Shown one piece after another: positions 27,290 to 30,749 of a stretch of 30,749 nt of DNA; positions within the stretch are counted from its first letter, which is position 1; each line of letters begins with the position of its first letter. The translations under genes were made by a program, and so were the position numbers. The DNA lies in contig JBDLIE010000030.1 in NCBI GenBank assembly GCA_039715015.1, forward strand, positions 1-30,749. Direction: 5' to 3'. This DNA is from Thermodesulfobacteriota bacterium (lineage in GTDB: Bacteria; Desulfobacterota; Desulfobulbia; Desulfobulbales; SURF-16). A model generated the notes under the pieces. It saw nothing but the letters and a program-made list of their open reading frames with translations, ran no database searches and had not been told where the DNA came from.

Positions 27290-28402
27290 ATGGCATTACC
27301 CCCCTTTTCACAATACCTGCAGGGCATGAAAAAGCAGGCACAGAATGCCGAGCTGATTGTTATGGGCAACCAAGGCGCCGACCTGGACTCCATCTCCTCG
27401 GCCCTGGTCTTTGCCTGGTATCTGGCAGGGAGGCAGGCCACAAAAATCCCCGTGGCCCTGATTGCCGTTCCCCGTCACAAACTCAGGCTGCGGCCGGAGG
27501 CTGCATTTGTCTTTGCAGCGGCGGGAATTAATCCAGAAAACCTGCTCTTTGTTGATGATGTTGATCTTCAAGCGTTAGTCGCAGCTGGGACTGAGATTGT
27601 CCTGGTGGACCATAACCAGCTGGCTGAGGATTTCACCAATTTGGAACACAGGGTAACGGCTGTTATTGATCATCACCATGACGGGGGGGGCTTTGCCCAT
27701 GCTGCGCCTCGGATCATTGAAAAAGTTGGCTCAACCGCTACCCTGGTTGCTGAACTTGTTTTGAAAGAAGATAGCGCCATGGATTCTGCTGCTGCCAGAC
27801 TTCTGCTCAGCGCTATCCTTCTCGATACTGCTAACCTCGATGGCAAGAGTGGCCGTTGCACCAAGCGGGACCAGGAAGCCGCCTTGCAACTCCTTGCCAT
27901 CTGCGGCGAAGAGCAAGACTCCTTTTATCAGCACCTGAACTTGGCCCAGTATGACCTGAAGGGTCTCAGCAGCCAGGAACTTTTGGGAAGGGATTATAAG
28001 CAATGGTCTTGCCCGGTTGGCAGATATGGGATGAGTACGGTTTTGCTGTCTCTTGCTGATTGGCAGCAACGGGAGGCGGAGTTGGTTAAGGCAATTGCTC
28101 AGTTTGCTTTAAAAAAAGAGCTGAGTGTTCTTATTGTGATGCTGGCGAGCCAGAGCCCTGATTTCCAAAGGGAGGTTATTCTTTTTTGCCGGGAGAAAGG
28201 GCTTCACGATAAGCTTGCAGCTCATCTGGGTAAGCAGGAGCTGGATTTATGTTCTATCACTGAAGGCCAGGAGGTTGGGGGCGAGAGAGGTCTTGTGAGC
28301 CTGTATAGTCAGGGGAATGTTTTAATGTCTCGCAAGAAGCTGCAGCCGATTGTCCACTGCTTTCTTGCCGGCTGTAAAATTCCTCACCACAGCTTACATT
28401 AA
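27290..28402 (+). CDS. DHH/DHHA2 phosphoesterase, PPX1/prune-type exopolyphosphatase or Mn-pyrophosphatase
   Basis: MGNQGADLDS, LVDHN, IDHH, VGSTATLV, ILLDT, RDYK, SRKKLQP. Confidence 0.88.
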   Translation: MALPPFSQYLQGMKKQAQNAELIVMGNQGADLDSISSALVFAWYLAGRQATKIPVALIAVPRHKLRLRPEAAFVFAAAGINPENLLFVDDVDLQALVAAGTEIVLVDHNQLAEDFTNLEHRVTAVIDHHHDGGGFAHAAPRIIEKVGSTATLVAELVLKEDSAMDSAAARLLLSAILLDTANLDGKSGRCTKRDQEAALQLLAICGEEQDSFYQHLNLAQYDLKGLSSQELLGRDYKQWSCPVGRYGMSTVLLSLADWQQREAELVKAIAQFALKKELSVLIVMLASQSPDFQREVILFCREKGLHDKLAAHLGKQELDLCSITEGQEVGGERGLVSLYSQGNVLMSRKKLQPIVHCFLAGCKIPHHSLH

Positions 28403-28552
28403 CTTCTTTTCCCTCAACAACCTTATGCTCCTTTTCGACCGCCGAGCTGCTCCTTGTCTAAAAAAGAGCCGAGCCAGAGAAGTGGGCGACAAGGACACTC
28501 CAGCATCCCTGGCCTTTGGCACCACTCGCCTGCCGCCGGGCAAGGGGCATTG

Positions 28553-28615
28553 CCCTTCGACAGGCTCAGGCGCCGGTCTGAAGTACCAAGTTCGTACCCT
28601 GAGCCTGTCGAAGGG
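28553..28615. repeat. REP-like palindrome CCCTTCGACAGGCTCAGG...CCTGAGCCTGTCGAAGGG
   Basis: Perfect 18-bp inverted repeat with a 27-nt spacer between convergent genes. Confidence 0.85.
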
Positions 28616-28683
28616 TGCCCAGCTCCCTGCTCGTTCAGGGCTGAATGGGGAAAAAGCAAGGGCTGTCTACATCTCTCCTGCTG

Positions 28684-28926
28684 TTATCCAATGATCAGCA
28701 GAGCCACATATGGAGCAACATTGAAGACCAGGAAAACCATTTTGAAGAACCCGAGTAACGAGTAAATGACAACGTCAAAGGTTTCTCGGGGAATGGGAAA
28801 CAGTATGCTTTGGGTGCGGTACACCAAATCCGGGGCCAGTGCACACATGGCAATCCAGAAAAACAACAAGGTGCCGTTCATGATGGTACACCACATAAAG
28901 AAACTGGTTAGTGTTTGAGTATCCAA
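28684..28926 (-). CDS. Small two-TM membrane protein (DUF6868-like)
   Basis: TTG start with SD AGGAGG; FFMWCTIMNG...FNVAPYVAL. Confidence 0.75.
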   Translation of the reverse strand: MDTQTLTSFFMWCTIMNGTLLFFWIAMCALAPDLVYRTQSILFPIPRETFDVVIYSLLGFFKMVFLVFNVAPYVALLIIG

Positions 28927-28985
28927 GAGGCTCCTCCTTTTCTGGCCTGGTGGGCAGACTGCTTAAAAGCGTTTATTGCCAAAGT

Positions 28986-30308
28986 TTACTTGTCTTTGCC
29001 GGCGTATAGATCCGCCCTTGTAAGAGGAAGGCCGGATGCCCCTTTGGTGGAATGCTTAGTTGCAACGACCTGGCAAATATGCATTGACCCGGCTGTAAAC
29101 CCGAGAGAGACTCCGGCAAGATACAGCGCCCACATACGGAATTTTTCCAGGCCCACAAAGTTGACAGCTTCTTCTTTGCGCTCCATGAGTCTTCTGTACC
29201 AATGACGCGCAGTGAGGCCATAGTGTTCGCGCCAAGCTTCAACATCATGTACTTCAAAGCCGTTAATTTCAAGCAGGTCTACAGTATGGCCGACACTATC
29301 TAATTCACTTCCCGGGAATATATATTTCAACAGCAAACGACGCTCGGGCCGGATCTTGCGGGCTGCCCGCTTTGTGCGTTTTGCATGGCGAGAAATTCCG
29401 TGGTTTAACAAAATACCCCTGTCCCGAAGAAGAGATTTAATTTTTTGAAAATATTTTGGCATGTTGGCAATGCCGATGTGCTCGAACATACCAATGCTGG
29501 AGATTTTATCATACGTATCTTCAAGGGTTGAGTAATCCCGGAGTTCGATTTTTATGCGTTCCTCTAGGCCAAGTCTTTTAACCTTAGCAGTTGCAAAGTC
29601 GAACTGTTTTTGAGACAAGGTGACACCATGCGCCTTGACGCCATAGTGTTGAGCAGCATGACAGATAAGCCCTCCCCAGCCACAGCCAATATCGAGGAAT
29701 TTTTCCTCCGGCTTCAGGCGCAATTTTTTGCATATCATATCGAGCTTGTCATATTGGGCTTGATCAATTGAGTTGTCGGGATCAGTGAAGTAACCGCAGG
29801 AATATTGCATCTCGTTGCCGAGGAACAAGGCATAAAAATCGTTGCTTATATCGTAATGAAATTGAATAAATTCTTTGTTGTCCCTTTGTGACTCTTTTCG
29901 CCCTACTTCGTCATCGCGATATTCATGCTGGACGCTTATTTCTTCAGAAAAGGTGAGTAAGAGCGGCAGGGCTTGTTTGAGAAGGAATAATTTGTTTATT
30001 TTTTTTAACTTCTTTTTAGGTCGTTTTTCCCGGGCAACCGCCACGAAATCAATAAGATCGCCATGAATATCTATATATCCGTTTACATAGTGCAAGAGCA
30101 GGTTCTCATGCGTCGGTCTGCGTAAGAGGGCACCTATCACTCCTGGTCCGTTAATGGCAATAAAAAAATCAGGATCGACATTCTTACCCAAGGGGACCAG
30201 GGACCCATCCCAGAGGCGTATGGAAAAGCGGGCATTGATTATTTCGCCGACATACTCAAAGATTTTTCGTGCGCTAGCCAATTTTTTTTCGTCTGAAAAA
30301 AAGGTCAT
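28986..30308 (-). CDS. Cyclopropane-fatty-acyl-phospholipid synthase family SAM methyltransferase
   Basis: HYDISNDFY, YSCGYF, LDIGCGWG, SIGMFEH, YIFPG, HYGLT. Confidence 0.92.
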   Translation of the reverse strand: MTFFSDEKKLASARKIFEYVGEIINARFSIRLWDGSLVPLGKNVDPDFFIAINGPGVIGALLRRPTHENLLLHYVNGYIDIHGDLIDFVAVAREKRPKKKLKKINKLFLLKQALPLLLTFSEEISVQHEYRDDEVGRKESQRDNKEFIQFHYDISNDFYALFLGNEMQYSCGYFTDPDNSIDQAQYDKLDMICKKLRLKPEEKFLDIGCGWGGLICHAAQHYGVKAHGVTLSQKQFDFATAKVKRLGLEERIKIELRDYSTLEDTYDKISSIGMFEHIGIANMPKYFQKIKSLLRDRGILLNHGISRHAKRTKRAARKIRPERRLLLKYIFPGSELDSVGHTVDLLEINGFEVHDVEAWREHYGLTARHWYRRLMERKEEAVNFVGLEKFRMWALYLAGVSLGFTAGSMHICQVVATKHSTKGASGLPLTRADLYAGKDK

Positions 30309-30395
30309 ATTGATCCCGGTTATGAATTAGAGGTTATGCAACTATCCAATGCCTCATTAATCAGCTGTAATATTATACGAGTTTTGTATTTGTCA

Positions 30396-30467
30396 TTCTA
30401 ACGGAGCAGGTGAGACGCGGTAAACGGGCAAGCGTTTATCCCGTCTAACCCGACCTGATTGTTAGCG
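30396..30467 (-). mobile_element. Integron attC recombination site
   Basis: Minus strand CGCTAAC-AATC-AGGTCGGG...CTCACCT-GCTCC-GTTAGAA: R''/R' cores, L boxes with one extra base, inner stem AGACG/CGTCT and TAAACG/CGTTTA. Confidence 0.8.
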
Positions 30468-30749
30468 TCATTTCTTTAACACGTTCTATAGCCGAAAATG
30501 TTTCATTGGCAATCACTGCTAACTCTTCATTTAATTCATTCGCTTCTTCCTCAGTCAGTGGAGGATTATGTGACTGTGGCATTATAATTAACAAATCATC
30601 GATATCGCATGTTGGTGCAAATTTTAGCCACAGTTCCTCTAGAAATGAGAAATCATTATTTATCAATTTATTAGACGCTTGTTCGGTTAATGCCGCCCAA
30701 TCATTTATCCCACGCCTCACAAATAAAGCATGAGCTTCGAATAATTTAT
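30445..30749 (-). CDS. Partial hypothetical protein (5' end beyond the window), likely a gene cassette
   Basis: Frame is open to the window edge; AT-rich; 3' end runs into the attC. Confidence 0.7.
   Translation of the reverse strand, partial: KLFEAHALFVRRGINDWAALTEQASNKLINNDFSFLEELWLKFAPTCDIDDLLIIMPQSHNPPLTEEEANELNEELAVIANETFSAIERVKEMTLTIRSG

Noticed and set aside
28684..30308. cfa-like and DUF6868-like genes as further integron cassettes
   Set aside because: No attC-like structure found downstream of either gene
1..30749. CRISPR array, rRNA, intact transposase or integrase
   Set aside because: No regularly spaced repeats or matching protein motifs were seen

Overview
Chromosomal window from a bacterium resembling the Desulfobulbales/Desulfobacterota (inferred from gene content and repeat style). 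The left half (~0.4-13.6 kb, minus strand) is housekeeping: trxB-like, tadA, tRNA-Ser, ffs (SRP RNA), dnaX, ybaB, recR, tRNA-Val, thrS, infC, rpmI, rplT, pheS, pheT, ihfA, merR-like and tRNA-Pro. The right half is accessory or poorly characterised: an EndoQ-UvrD fusion, a thioredoxin-like protein, a small siroheme reductase coupled to a C4orf33/UPF0462-like gene, a radical SAM + YcaO-TPR + MOSC cluster, a porin, exported Ni-SOD + MarC + PPX1/prune-type phosphatase, a cfa-like methyltransferase and an integron attC cassette at the right edge. The strongest candidates for something new are (i) the radical SAM/YcaO-TPR/MOSC cluster as a possible protein-modification system with no TfuA or precursor peptide visible, (ii) the EndoQ-helicase with clamp-binding-like motifs, (iii) the bacterial C4orf33 homologue, and (iv) a 21-bp inverted pair of recombinase-like sites beside tRNA-Pro. 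Recoding signals are also visible: an AUU start in infC and an A9 slippage site in dnaX. All family assignments come from motif recognition by eye; no database searches were run.
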